Shown here: piece by piece, positions 20,442 to 30,459 of the stretch
Numbering within the stretch: position 1 is the first letter of the stretch
Layout of the letters: each line of letters opens with the position of its first letter
From: an uncultured archaeon
GTDB lineage: Archaea > Thermoproteota > Bathyarchaeia > Bathyarchaeales > Bathycorpusculaceae
Length of the DNA: 64,000 bases
Direction: 5' to 3'
Assembly (NCBI GenBank): GCA_963782915.1
Contig: CAWALK010000018.1
Coordinates: 203,470 to 267,469, forward strand
Notes under the pieces: generated by a model
The model's input: the letters and a program-made list of their open reading frames with translations, nothing else
The model's database searches: none
Told to the model about the DNA's origin: nothing
Made by a program: the position numbers and the translations under genes

Positions 20442-21427
20442 TTCTTAATCACCTTACGTTTAAGGATAGATGCTGGTAGACTGTACATGTAGAATGTGCC
20501 AGTTGGGTCTTTGATTTGGCCGATTAATTCTTCGATCTCTTTTTCTGTATACTTTTCTTTGCCTTCGACACCGTCATAGCCTAAAATTGAAGCTAAAGCA
20601 GTTATCATCGCTGCGCCTTGTTCAGGCACGTTGGGGGCTTTTCCGCCACATCCAGTACAAGGCATATCGACATTTATACATTGAGCACCACAGCCGCTTC
20701 TTGTTGCTGGTCCCATGCAGAGTATGCCTTGTTCGAGGAGGCATTTTTCCGGTTCAGGAGTTTTTTCGTAGACACGGTAAATTTTGTCGATGCGTTTGTT
20801 GTCGCGTTTGCGTGGGCATTCGTCGCAGACGGCTTTTGGCGGTGCCAATACGGAGCCTTTTGGTGGGAGTTTGCCGCTTGCGATGGCGTCGATGGCTGCT
20901 GCGATTAGTTTAACTGGTGGTGGGCAACCTGGAAGAGTATAATCAACGTCAACGGTTTGGCCTAAGGTTTTTACTGTGTCGTAGAATTCGGGGATTTTTA
21001 ATGTGCCCTCTTTCACTTTAGTTTCTGTTTTAGGAGTTGTGCCCTGTGGGTTGACGTTTGATTTGTCTTTTATGTAAACTTGCTCGAAGACTTCGGCTTT
21101 GTTGTTGAGGTTTGCTAAGCCGGGGACGCTGCCTTCATGTGCACATGAGCCAAACGCAACTAAGGTTTTGGATTTTTGGCGGAGCACTTTTGCCATGTGT
21201 TCCTGTTCACTGTTACGTATGGAGCCATTGAAAAATGTTATGTCAATGTGTTTGTCCGGGAGTGCTTCGACATCTTTGTATTTAATGTCCATGGCAACTG
21301 GCCAAAACACAATGTCAGCTAATTGTACTACGTCGAGGATTTTCTCGTTTAAGTCTAAGACGGCTATTTCGCAGCCGCCGCAGCTTGCAGCCCAGTAAAA
21401 GGCTATTTTTAGCTTGCTTTTACTCAT
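20438..21427 (-). CDS. mvhG: [NiFe]-hydrogenase small subunit
   Basis: ASCGGCE, FGSCA, PGCPP, VCDEC, CLLEQG and CMGPATRSGC motifs. Confidence 0.93.
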   Translation of the reverse strand: MSKSKLKIAFYWAASCGGCEIAVLDLNEKILDVVQLADIVFWPVAMDIKYKDVEALPDKHIDITFFNGSIRNSEQEHMAKVLRQKSKTLVAFGSCAHEGSVPGLANLNNKAEVFEQVYIKDKSNVNPQGTTPKTETKVKEGTLKIPEFYDTVKTLGQTVDVDYTLPGCPPPVKLIAAAIDAIASGKLPPKGSVLAPPKAVCDECPRKRDNKRIDKIYRVYEKTPEPEKCLLEQGILCMGPATRSGCGAQCINVDMPCTGCGGKAPNVPEQGAAMITALASILGYDGVEGKEKYTEKEIEELIGQIKDPTGTFYMYSLPASILKRKVIKK

Positions 21428-22320
21428 GGTTTGTGTGCTCCTTGGTGAATTGTTCTGTTATTTTTTGTGGGTTTACTCGAAGTTCGCCGAAAGCCAACTC
21501 GTCCGGAGTTAGTCCCATGGCTAGTCCAAGTAGTTGTGGATAATGGAGAATTGGAATGCCATAGACTTCGTTAAAAGTTTTCTCTATGCGAAGTTCATTT
21601 GTATCGTACATTATGTGGCAAAATGGGCACACTGTGATTAATGCTTGGGCATCAACCATCTTTATGTGATTCAGCTTATCCCTTGCCAAGCTGCAATGCA
21701 ACTTTGTCGCTTACTCCAACGCTGGGTGCGCCACAGCATTCGGTTTCATCTATGTAGTCGAGGCAGGTTGCGCCTGTGGCTTCAATGAGCATCTTGAGCG
21801 TTTGTGGGTCTTCGGGGTCGTCGAAGTCAAAGTATTCTTTGGGTCGCAGAATGTGGCAGCCGTTGTGCTCGGCAACTTTGAAGCCAGTTAAGGGTCTGGT
21901 GATGGCTGCTTTGATTTTTTCTACACCCACATCTTCCTTTAGTAACTGCAGGAGGTGTTTGGTTTCGACTGTGCCCTTGAATTCTAAACCAGCTTCTTTT
22001 AGGTGAGCGTTGATTTGTTCTCTTTGGGCTTTGTCTTCTTTTAGGATTTTGTTGACTTTTTTTAGTGTTCCAGCGCATCCGGGGCAAAGCGTGAGGATGT
22101 TTAGTCCTTGCTGTTCTGCCAGTGCCAAGTTTTTTGCGGCGAGGATAAGCATGGTTTCGTGGCTCACTGGGTCGAAGGGTAAGCCGCAGCAGTTGAATTC
22201 AGGCATCTCAACCAATTCCACGCCAAGTTTGCGAGGACTTTGCGGGATGAGATTTCGTATGAGGAAACACGGTATGGGATTGCGCAGCCCAAGAAAGATT
22301 AGGTATTTACTGTTTGTCAT
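21420..22320 (-). CDS. hdrB: heterodisulfide reductase subunit B (frameshifted)
   Basis: Two CCG domains: CCG, CPGC, HNGC, CCGAP, CPFC, YPQLLGLAMG. Confidence 0.88.
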
Positions 22321-22869
22321 TGGGGGTTTCTCCTGCTGGTTTTTGTGTTTGCTCAAAAAACTTTACGCCTTTGAGCACTTTGCGAACGCTTTCGGGGTTG
22401 CCTTTCGGCAGCGGAGGAAGACCTTGGTTCTCACGTTTTTTGATTCGAGTTCAGGAATCTTGTAGGCGTAACCGGTTTCTGTGAGGCTCTGCGCTTGGTC
22501 TTTGAAGACCTGTGGAACGCAGCCTTTTTCTGCGGCGAGGTTGCGGAAAACTCGGATTACGCTGGCGACTTCGATGTTTTGTGGGCAACGGTCGGTGCAT
22601 GTGAAGCATGCTGCACAGAGCCAGAGTGTGTCGCTGTTTAGAACACGGTCTTTTAGGCCCAACTGCGCCATATGGATGAGTGTGCGTGGACGATAATTAT
22701 CGCTGAACCTTGCAACTGGGCAATCTGAGGTGCAGGTGCCGCATTGGAAGCAGCTGAGGATTTTTTCGGCTCCATGCATTTTTTGGAGTTCATACTTGAA
22801 TTTGGGGTCGATTTCAGAAGCTTTAATTGGCTCCTTTTGCAGAGTTGATTTTGCTGCTACCTCAGCCAT
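22307..22869 (-). CDS. hdrC: heterodisulfide reductase subunit C (C-terminal frameshift)
   Basis: CFQCGTCTSDCP and WLCAACFTCTDRCP. Confidence 0.9.
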
Positions 22870-23017
22870 AAAGGATACACCATTGATAACTCGATGCACA
22901 TTGCTGTGCTTGGAATATTTGAAATGTCCGTGTCAAATAGATAAAGTTTGAGCATCATGGAAGCTTTTTCGTACATGGTTAATTAATGAAGCTCAAGTAA
23001 GACACTCTTGCTCGCAC

Positions 23018-23042
23018 GACCTACCCCCTCCCTTATTTATAG
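23018..23042 (-). repeat. dispersed G-rich repeat, single half unit (copy C)
   Basis: Reverse complement CTATAAATAAGGGAGGGGGTAGGTC. Confidence 0.65.
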
Positions 23043-23316
23043 GCTCAACAAGTGTTGAGTTCTGCGTATGGGGCGTCAGCATTCATTGGTTAACTGGCTA
23101 CAGTAGCTGCGTTTGTTTGAGAATTTGAGGGGTTCCTATGCAACTGTTTTGGAGCTTGTTCGGTTATTTTTATCGATTCAACGCTTCGCTACCTCAGGGC
23201 TATATAAAGAGCTGGCTTTGTCAAGATGTACTGATAAGAGAACAGTACTTAGTCAACAAACCTTGACAAGAACGTCTTTTAAACAAAAACCAAACCCACA
23301 AGTTAATGGTGAACAG

Positions 23317-23538
23317 ATGAATAAAACAATCCCATGCCTAGTGCTCGTTATTCTACTTGCAACGGCACTTCTGCTATACGTCACCTCGACAATATCCACT
23401 TCTACGGTGCCTTCACCATTCCTCATCGCCGCAACCATCGTATCAGCTGTGGCCCTGTTCGGCGCAATGTTTTCGCTCTACATAGAAAAAAGAACAAAAA
23501 ATAAAATACAACAAACTAGTTTGGGACGAAAAGCATAG
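23317..23538 (+). CDS. small two-TM membrane protein
   Basis: GGTGA RBS, two hydrophobic helices, basic tail. Confidence 0.55.
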   Translation: MNKTIPCLVLVILLATALLLYVTSTISTSTVPSPFLIAATIVSAVALFGAMFSLYIEKRTKNKIQQTSLGRKA

Positions 23539-23823
23539 TTATTCTTTGCATTGCTTTAAGCTGCGCAGTTCCTCGAGTGTTTGGTTTAATATTGTTTTAT
23601 CTACAGCGATTTGTTTAACGGCTGATGTTGGCAGGCAAACGATTACTTTTCCAAGATAAGGATGCTTAAACCCAAACGCCGTAGCAGCTTCATCAGTTAA
23701 AGTCACAAACAGACTAGTTATTTGCCAAGTATTGGGGTCTAAATCTGCGCTGTGTACTTCGCCTAACTCAAAATTGTCGGAGGTGAATGCTCGTTTCCAG
23801 AATAATTTGGTGATTTCTACCAT
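23539..23823 (-). CDS. PRC-barrel-like protein
   Basis: LGEVHSADLDPNTWQITSLFV pattern. Confidence 0.65.
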   Translation of the reverse strand: MVEITKLFWKRAFTSDNFELGEVHSADLDPNTWQITSLFVTLTDEAATAFGFKHPYLGKVIVCLPTSAVKQIAVDKTILNQTLEELRSLKQCKE

Positions 23824-23910
23824 AAAATAAGCCTCTTCTAGAAAAGTGGCAAGCGATGTTTATATCTGTTATTTAGAAGCCTTTTTTATTCACTACATTC
23901 TTAGTATTGG

Positions 23911-24309
23911 ATGGTGATTTTTTTGTCTGCTTCTCAAGAACCAACTAAACTCAAGAAGCTCACTCCTGAAGAAGAACAAGTCATAGTCAACAAAGGCACA
24001 GAAATGCCCTTCACAGGCAAATACTATGCGTTCTGGGAAAAGGGCACTTATGTGTGCAAACGATGTGGCGCAAAACTATACCGGTCAGAGAACAAGTTTG
24101 AAGCCAATTGTGGATGGCCTAGTTTCGACGATGAAATCCCCGGTGCAGTGAAGCGGATACCTGATGCGGATGGGATGCGAACGGAGATTCAATGCGTTAA
24201 CTGCGGCGCTCATCTTGGGCATGTTTTTATTGGGGAACAGTTTACAAAGAAGAATACTCGGCATTGTGTTAATTCGATGTCGATGGATTTCATACCTGAC
24301 CAGAAATAA
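23911..24309 (+). CDS. msrB: methionine-R-sulfoxide reductase
   Basis: GTE.PF, CKRC, CGWPSF, CVNCGAHLGHVF and RHCVNS motifs. Confidence 0.95.
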   Translation: MVIFLSASQEPTKLKKLTPEEEQVIVNKGTEMPFTGKYYAFWEKGTYVCKRCGAKLYRSENKFEANCGWPSFDDEIPGAVKRIPDADGMRTEIQCVNCGAHLGHVFIGEQFTKKNTRHCVNSMSMDFIPDQK

Positions 24310-24372
24310 AGTAGCACTTTTGGGCTTCGAAACAGTTATACAATTACATAGCGTAAGATAGCTAGAAGCAGC

Positions 24373-25179
24373 ATGTCTACGGTTATACCAACGCCTTCAG
24401 CCACACCAGTCCCCGACCTCTTGGGGGTTCCACTGACTACAATATTGTGGATAATCATAATTGCGCTCATAGCTGCTTCAGTTGAACGGTTTCTAACACG
24501 GTACATAACCCGTTTTGCCAAACGAACTAAACTTGAGCCAAACGTCGCTAACAATTTGGCGCTTACCTTCCGCATAATGATTCTAATTGGCACGGTAGTC
24601 GCGATTAGCCGTGTAAGCGGCGTAACTTCAGATTGGATTGTCTCTATTACGGCTCTTGGTGCTGCAGCAGTCGGTTTTGCTTCGCAGAAAACCATCGGCA
24701 ACTTTGTAGCAGGCATCTTTCTCATGGCAGCTAGACCCTTTAAAGTAGGTAACTACGTACGTATAGGCACCGTGGAAGGCATAGTTTCTGAAATCACCAT
24801 TAACTACACAAAAATTTTAACCGCATCCAACAACATCGTCTCAATCAGTAACCTGCAAATCCTCGACCGAGAGATAACCAATTACCTATATGAGACCACT
24901 GAAAACAAGGACCTTTACTGCTATACCTTCGAAATAGGATTCGACCACAGTGTATCGACAGATAAAATAATTGAAATATTCAATCAAGTTTTTGAAAAAT
25001 ACTCAAAAGAACTCCCCACTAAACCAGGCTATATCCTCACGCGGTCGGCAGCTTTCGAGCGGGTTTACACAATATACCTATATGTAATTAGTGCCGAGCA
25101 GATTTTTACGGTGCGCCCCAAGATTGCCGAGGAAGTTTTCCAGCGTTGGGATGAAGAGAGGGCGAAGATAAAGAAATAA
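24373..25179 (+). CDS. mscS: small-conductance mechanosensitive channel
   Basis: AVGFASQKTIGNFVAGIFL..RPFKVG. Confidence 0.9.
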   Translation: MSTVIPTPSATPVPDLLGVPLTTILWIIIIALIAASVERFLTRYITRFAKRTKLEPNVANNLALTFRIMILIGTVVAISRVSGVTSDWIVSITALGAAAVGFASQKTIGNFVAGIFLMAARPFKVGNYVRIGTVEGIVSEITINYTKILTASNNIVSISNLQILDREITNYLYETTENKDLYCYTFEIGFDHSVSTDKIIEIFNQVFEKYSKELPTKPGYILTRSAAFERVYTIYLYVISAEQIFTVRPKIAEEVFQRWDEERAKIKK

Positions 25180-25214
25180 CCAAAGACACCCAATATTATG
25201 GGTAGTGAATAATT

Positions 25215-25550
25215 ATGGCAGAATTGAAAAAAGAAACGCTTGTTGCCCAAGCCTCAAACCTCCCAGGTTTAATTGCGTATCAAGATGGCGCGGTTGTTAG
25301 CCGAACAATCATTGACAAAAAAGCAGGAACCGTAACACTATTTGCTTTTGACGAAAAACAGGGCTTAAGTGAACACACCGCACCCTTCGATGCCATGGTT
25401 TATGTTTTGGACGGCGAAGTGGAAGTCACTATCGCAGGCAAACTAATCGCGTTAAAGGCTGGAGAGATGACGATTATGCCGGCTAATCAGACACATGCAT
25501 TAACGGCGAAAACAAAGTTCAAGATGCTGCTTATTATGATCAAGACATAG
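25215..25550 (+). CDS. cupin-domain protein
   Basis: LSEHTAP...MPANQTHAL. Confidence 0.88.
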   Translation: MAELKKETLVAQASNLPGLIAYQDGAVVSRTIIDKKAGTVTLFAFDEKQGLSEHTAPFDAMVYVLDGEVEVTIAGKLIALKAGEMTIMPANQTHALTAKTKFKMLLIMIKT

Positions 25551-25613
25551 TTGGCGATTCTACATTTTTTACATGCACTGATGCAAGTAGTACAAACACA
25601 GAAATTGTTATAT

Positions 25614-25637
25614 GTACTACTCATTCAATAGTAGTAC
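25614..25637. promoter_or_regulatory. inverted-repeat operator of the abrB-vapC operon
   Basis: GTACTACT-N8-AGTAGTAC next to the TATA box; extra half-site at 25586..25593. Confidence 0.65.
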
Positions 25638-25649
25638 TCTATAAGGTGA

Positions 25650-25904
25650 ATGAGTACGGTGTTAGAAGCAGAGCAGAACACAGAAGTAATGGTTACAAGA
25701 AAGGGACAGACTACAATACCAGTTAAGCTCAGACGAAAATATAATATTGAGAAAGGAACCAAGCTTCAAGTCATAGACACCGGCGATGGAATCATGTTCA
25801 AACGCAAATTAACAACAGTTGACCTCTTTGGTTCAGGCGCAGGTTCTGCTACTGTAGAAGAAGTCAATAAACTGCTCGATGAACTCAGGGCTGAAGATGA
25901 ATAG
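25650..25904 (+). CDS. vapB: AbrB/MazE/SpoVT-type antitoxin
   Basis: VTRKGQTTIPVKLRRKYNIEKG. Confidence 0.9.
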   Translation: MSTVLEAEQNTEVMVTRKGQTTIPVKLRRKYNIEKGTKLQVIDTGDGIMFKRKLTTVDLFGSGAGSATVEEVNKLLDELRAEDE

Positions 25905-26283
25905 AGCTGTTTTTGATACACGGTTTTTTATAGCTGGCTATTATTCGACGAATATAGTCCAGACCAAGAAGCTTAGTGAGAAAGTAAAGTCTACAAAAGA
26001 ACGGTTTGTCTCTGCAATAGTTTTACATGAGATTTATCAGGTTACATTCCGAAAGAATGGCAGAGAAACGGCCAAGCTAAGAACGGCATTGGTTGAGCAG
26101 GACTTTGAAGTAATCGATGTCACGGCTGATATTGCAAAGGCATCTGCTGAGTTAAGGTCAAAGTACGATATGTCGATGGCAGACAGCATAATAGCAGCAA
26201 CAGCATTAACTCTAAAAGCAACTTGCCTCTCTGATGACCCACACTTCAAGGCGGTAAAAGAAATTAAGACAGACTGGATTTAG
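25897..26283 (+). CDS. vapC: VapC PIN toxin
   Basis: VFDT, VLHE, SMADSIIAATA and SDDPHF motifs. Confidence 0.9.
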   Translation: MNRAVFDTRFFIAGYYSTNIVQTKKLSEKVKSTKERFVSAIVLHEIYQVTFRKNGRETAKLRTALVEQDFEVIDVTADIAKASAELRSKYDMSMADSIIAATALTLKATCLSDDPHFKAVKEIKTDWI

Positions 26284-26375
26284 CAAATTAAAGCATACTC
26301 AAATTAATAGCTAAATCACCCCTTGGGACTTGTTTTGAGAGATTTTTTAGATTCAACAAGTAATTGCGAAATATT

Positions 26376-26993
26376 TCAACCTAAAGGTTTGCCCCAAATA
26401 TCCACAAAACAGTAACCTTCAAGCAGTTTTTTGATTGGCACCTGTGGTTTCTCAGCCGGATACCCCATGGCAACAAACGCTTGGGGCTCAACTGCATCGG
26501 GAATTTTTAGGGTTTTTCTGACGGTTTCTTTACAGAACGCTGGGGCACAGAACCAGCAGGCTCCTAAACCCTTTGCATATGCCTCTAAAAGCAGGTTTTG
26601 CAGCGCTGCCCCAAAACTTTGCACCGCCAAATCCCGCTCTGTGTCTTGTCTTTCCACGTCTGAGTACTTAGGCAATCCCTCGAGGGTTAAACATGCCAGA
26701 ATGAGCACAGGCGCAGTTGCGAACCGCTCAACTCGCTCCGCACGCTTGTCGACTTCAACCGTTATGCCGTCTTTTTGCAGGTCTTTAACCCATGCATCCG
26801 CCATAGCATCCGCCAAGCGCCTCTTAACTGAAGGGTCCTGTAAAACTATGAATCGCCATGGTTGACTATTATGCGCTGAAGGTGCACAGCCAGCGGCTTC
26901 CAAGACATCCAAAACAATTTTTTGGGAAACCTCGCGGGGCAGGTATTTTCGGATGCTTCGCCGCTGCTTAATGGCATCGTCCAAGTTTGACAT
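26376..26993 (-). CDS. nitroreductase family (FbiB C-terminal-like)
   Basis: RRSIRKY, APSAHNSQPWRF, GACWFCAP and GYP motifs. Confidence 0.88.
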   Translation of the reverse strand: MSNLDDAIKQRRSIRKYLPREVSQKIVLDVLEAAGCAPSAHNSQPWRFIVLQDPSVKRRLADAMADAWVKDLQKDGITVEVDKRAERVERFATAPVLILACLTLEGLPKYSDVERQDTERDLAVQSFGAALQNLLLEAYAKGLGACWFCAPAFCKETVRKTLKIPDAVEPQAFVAMGYPAEKPQVPIKKLLEGYCFVDIWGKPLG

Positions 26994-27025
26994 AAAAGAA
27001 AGAAAGGGATAGTTTGTTTTTATAT

Positions 27026-28063
27026 TTATTCGCGGTTTGGCTCTAAAATCACTTTTAGAGAGTTGCCTGCTTCAGCCATCAATCGGAAGCCTTCCTGTGC
27101 TTCGGTAAGGGGCAGTCGGTGTGTTATCATGTCTTTGACGTTGAGTTCGCCGGTGGTGAGTACGCGGAGTGAGTCTTCGATGTCGTTTGGGGCGGCTCCG
27201 TAGCTTGTGCGCATGGTGATTTCGTTTCTCCAGAACTGGTTAATGGGCACTGGAAGTTTGACGGTTGGGTCTGGCACTGCAAAGAATAGGATGGTTCCGC
27301 CGTTTTCTACGCAGTCCATCGCTGACATGGCTGCGGAGGTTGCGCCTGTGCAGACGACTACTTGGTCGGCTAAGTGACCCGTTAATTCTTTGAGTTTTTC
27401 GGGCAGGTTGCCTTTGGCGTCGAGGGCATGGTGTGCACCGAATTTTTTAGCAAGTTCCAAGCGGTAGGGGTTGATGTCTGCTACGATAATGTTTTCTACG
27501 CCCTTGAATTTGGCGAGTTGTGCATGGAGGATGCCTGAGATGCCGCTGCCGATAATGAGCAATGTGTCGTCGGCGTGTAGGTCTGAAAGGCGTTGTCCGC
27601 GGGATACGCATGCGAGTGGTTCAATGAATGTGCCTTCTTCAAAGCTCATTGCTTCGGGAAGTTTGTAGATGCCGTATTGGAGGTTGATTTTGGGGATTTG
27701 AATGTACTGTGCAAAGCCGCCCGGGTAATAATTGGTTGTGTGCAGGGTGTGGCAGGCTGTGTGGTTATCGCGTTGGCAATGTCTGCATTCGAAGCAGGGG
27801 ACATGGTGAGAGACAAAGACGCGGTCGCCGACCTCAACGGATCTGACTTTCTCGCCAGCTTCAGTTATGATGCCTGTGGCTTCGTGGCCAAGCACACGCG
27901 GTGCCTTAGGAACACGGTACCATTCGATAACGTCGCTGCCGCAGATGCCGCTTGCCATCACTTTAAGCAGCGCTTCATCCTCGCCGATTTTAGGTTTAGG
28001 AATTTCTTGAATTCTAACGTCATGATTATTATAATAAAAAGCTGCTAACAAAACATTCACCAA
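27026..28063 (-). CDS. Zn-dependent alcohol/sugar-alcohol dehydrogenase
   Basis: GICGSD, GHE, CFECRHC and GSGISG motifs. Confidence 0.92.
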   Translation of the reverse strand: MVNVLLAAFYYNNHDVRIQEIPKPKIGEDEALLKVMASGICGSDVIEWYRVPKAPRVLGHEATGIITEAGEKVRSVEVGDRVFVSHHVPCFECRHCQRDNHTACHTLHTTNYYPGGFAQYIQIPKINLQYGIYKLPEAMSFEEGTFIEPLACVSRGQRLSDLHADDTLLIIGSGISGILHAQLAKFKGVENIIVADINPYRLELAKKFGAHHALDAKGNLPEKLKELTGHLADQVVVCTGATSAAMSAMDCVENGGTILFFAVPDPTVKLPVPINQFWRNEITMRTSYGAAPNDIEDSLRVLTTGELNVKDMITHRLPLTEAQEGFRLMAEAGNSLKVILEPNRE

Positions 28064-28878
28064 TAAAGGAAGGGAAAAGTTAGGCTTTGCCCAGCCACTA
28101 CTTGATTGTAGAGGTCCTCTGCTTCTTGGGCAGTGTAGCCGTCGTGGATGATAGCGCGGATAGCCCTGATTGAAGCGACTGGGTACTGTGTTTGCCAGAT
28201 GTTTCTGCCTAAGTTAACGCCTGCTGCGCCTTTCTGCATACCATCATACACGAAATCGAAGACTTCCCGTTGAGTCTCAGTTTTTGGTCCGCCTGCGATT
28301 ACGACTGGAACTGGGCAGCCTTCAACGATTTTTTCAAAGTTATCCTTGCAGTAATAGGTTTTGACTACGCGTGCACCGATTTCCGCGACGATTCTTGCAG
28401 CTAAGGCGAGGTAGCGGGCTTCCCGTTTTTCAAGTTCTTTGCCCACTGCGCAAACTGCCATGACTGGGATGCCGTATTCTTCGCAGTCATCAACCAGTTT
28501 TGAGAGGTTGGTTAGGCTTTTGTTTTCGTATTTGGTTCCGACGAATACTGACATGGATACGGCTGAAGCGTTTAGGCGGATAATTTCTTCTATGGATGTG
28601 ACTACGGATTCGTTGGCTAAGTCTTCGCCGACTACTGAGACTGCGCCTGAGACCCGCATGATGATTGGTTTGTCGATGGCTGGGTCAACGCAGTTGCGCA
28701 GTATGCCCCGTGTGAGCATTAAGCCGTCGGCGTATTGGATGATTGGTTTGATTGTTTCGCCAGGTCTTTCAAGGCAGTGTGTTGGGCCTTGGAAGTAGCC
28801 GTGGTCGATTGGTAAAAAGAGGGCTTTGCCGTCTTTTTGGATGAGTCTACTTAAGCGGTTTTGCATTCCCCACTCCAT
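28057..28878 (-). CDS. lsrF: LsrF-type thiolase / class I aldolase (DhnA family)
   Basis: MEWGMQNRLSR, IDHGYFQGPT, VKTYYC, VIAGGPK and GRNIWQ motifs. Confidence 0.85.
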   Translation of the reverse strand: MEWGMQNRLSRLIQKDGKALFLPIDHGYFQGPTHCLERPGETIKPIIQYADGLMLTRGILRNCVDPAIDKPIIMRVSGAVSVVGEDLANESVVTSIEEIIRLNASAVSMSVFVGTKYENKSLTNLSKLVDDCEEYGIPVMAVCAVGKELEKREARYLALAARIVAEIGARVVKTYYCKDNFEKIVEGCPVPVVIAGGPKTETQREVFDFVYDGMQKGAAGVNLGRNIWQTQYPVASIRAIRAIIHDGYTAQEAEDLYNQVVAGQSLTFPFLYW

Positions 28879-29078
28879 AATCTGTTCCTCGAGAGAGCAG
28901 TTGGTTTGAGGAAATAAATAAAACTTTATGCTCCTTTGAAGTGTACGGTTGAATAGTACTTTGCCTGCACTAATATTTGACGTCTGTCAACTGTTTTTAT
29001 GAAAAGTTAAGCACATATCACAACCAACTTTATATTTAATCAGACAATAAACCATTAAAACAGCAAAAGAGTGGAAAT

Positions 29079-29231
29079 ATGTACAAGTGCTCACAATGTG
29101 GCGGCGGAATGGAATCCAAAGGAGAGGTTTCCGAAGACGGAACGGTCATTTTCTATCAATGCCCAAAATGCAAGAACGTTGAACTCCATGCCAAACGCTT
29201 TGCTAATGGCCTTCGACTGACATATCCGTAG
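29079..29231 (+). CDS. 50-aa zinc-ribbon microprotein (not in the ORF track)
   Basis: MYKCSQCGGGM...FYQCPKCKNVE... Confidence 0.75.
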   Translation: MYKCSQCGGGMESKGEVSEDGTVIFYQCPKCKNVELHAKRFANGLRLTYP

Positions 29232-29417
29232 AGACAACTGTTGTCGCTAAAGATTGCAGATAAAGCACGTCTTTTCGGCGGTTGGATTGTGGCAGATTCC
29301 AACATTTCGCCACCTTAAAATATTAAACGATAATGGAAAGTTACCGTTTCGGTTGAACTCCAAGTATAAATCAAATGGAAACTCTAGAAAACCATCGGTT
29401 TTTAGAGGTGAAACAAC

Positions 29418-30011
29418 TTGAATCGAAAGTTTCTATTTTTAGGCATCGCATTAATTTTAGTCATCGCTATCCCCCTCGTAGCAGCAGCAGTAACACAAAC
29501 CCAAACCATCCACGTCACCGGCAACGCCAAATACCCACACAACACACCCCCACCAGCAGCAACCACAACCCCCACCCCAATGCCATCAACCGCCGCTCCG
29601 ACGGTTCAGTTTCAGCTATTTTTTCCAAACGGAACAGCCTACCCAACCTCGGTGACTGGAGCAATCACGGGAGTTAACACCGTAGTAGTCGACCCCCTAA
29701 CAGGCCATAACGGCGGATGGATGCCCACATGCATCGTCGTACGCAACACCGGCAGCACCCCAATAACAGTCAATGCAGCAATAGCCAACAAAAACGTCCC
29801 AGCCAACATCGATTTAACCCTAACCAGCGGTTATTATGGCACGATTTCTGGAGGATACGGCGCGGATCAAGCCACAACTCAGCAACCCATTCAACCCGGA
29901 CAAACCTATTACATGTCACTCATAGCGTTCTTGACGCCCACTGGAAGCTACACGCCTGATCAAGAGTTCAGTTACAGTTTTGATGTGGTAGTAACGGCGA
30001 CGCAAGCCTAA
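29418..30011 (+). CDS. secreted Pro/Thr-rich surface protein
   Basis: Signal peptide, PT linker and beta-rich C-terminus; GAGGTGA RBS. Confidence 0.75.
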   Translation: MNRKFLFLGIALILVIAIPLVAAAVTQTQTIHVTGNAKYPHNTPPPAATTTPTPMPSTAAPTVQFQLFFPNGTAYPTSVTGAITGVNTVVVDPLTGHNGGWMPTCIVVRNTGSTPITVNAAIANKNVPANIDLTLTSGYYGTISGGYGADQATTQQPIQPGQTYYMSLIAFLTPTGSYTPDQEFSYSFDVVVTATQA

Positions 30012-30093
30012 GTTTTGCAGAATTTTGTTTTAGCGGTTTTTTATACCGCAATCCACCATCTTTTGTTTTTGAGCTATTTCGTTTTTTCAAGTT

Positions 30094-30309
30094 TTAAGCT
30101 TTGTTTGGCTTAACTATCAAATAGCCCTTATCGATGAGCCAATGGTGAAACTGATAGGTAGTGTAGAGGCAGGCGGCGCCGCATTTTTTGCGGGTTTGCT
30201 CATAGGCTGGTGAGCCTTCTGTTTGCTGATTTAGTTCCATCTGAACAGGGCATTTTACGTCTTTGCAGAATTCTCTGCGTTTATACTCAACATAGCCATC
30301 GGGAATCAT
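30094..30309 (-). CDS. small Cys/His-rich conserved hypothetical protein
   Basis: FCKDVKCPVQ..CGAAC..FHHWLIDKGY. Confidence 0.7.
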   Translation of the reverse strand: MIPDGYVEYKRREFCKDVKCPVQMELNQQTEGSPAYEQTRKKCGAACLYTTYQFHHWLIDKGYLIVKPNKA

Positions 30310-30459
30310 TTGCCATCAACGCTACTTGCCAGTTTAAAACATATAAGCATGCCGGTTTCAAACGCTGTGTTTTCAATATGCTAACAAGGCTCTTTAGCGC
30401 TTATGGGTTCTGCATAGAGCGTCTAAATGGGACCAAATATATTGATGACATGACGCCCA

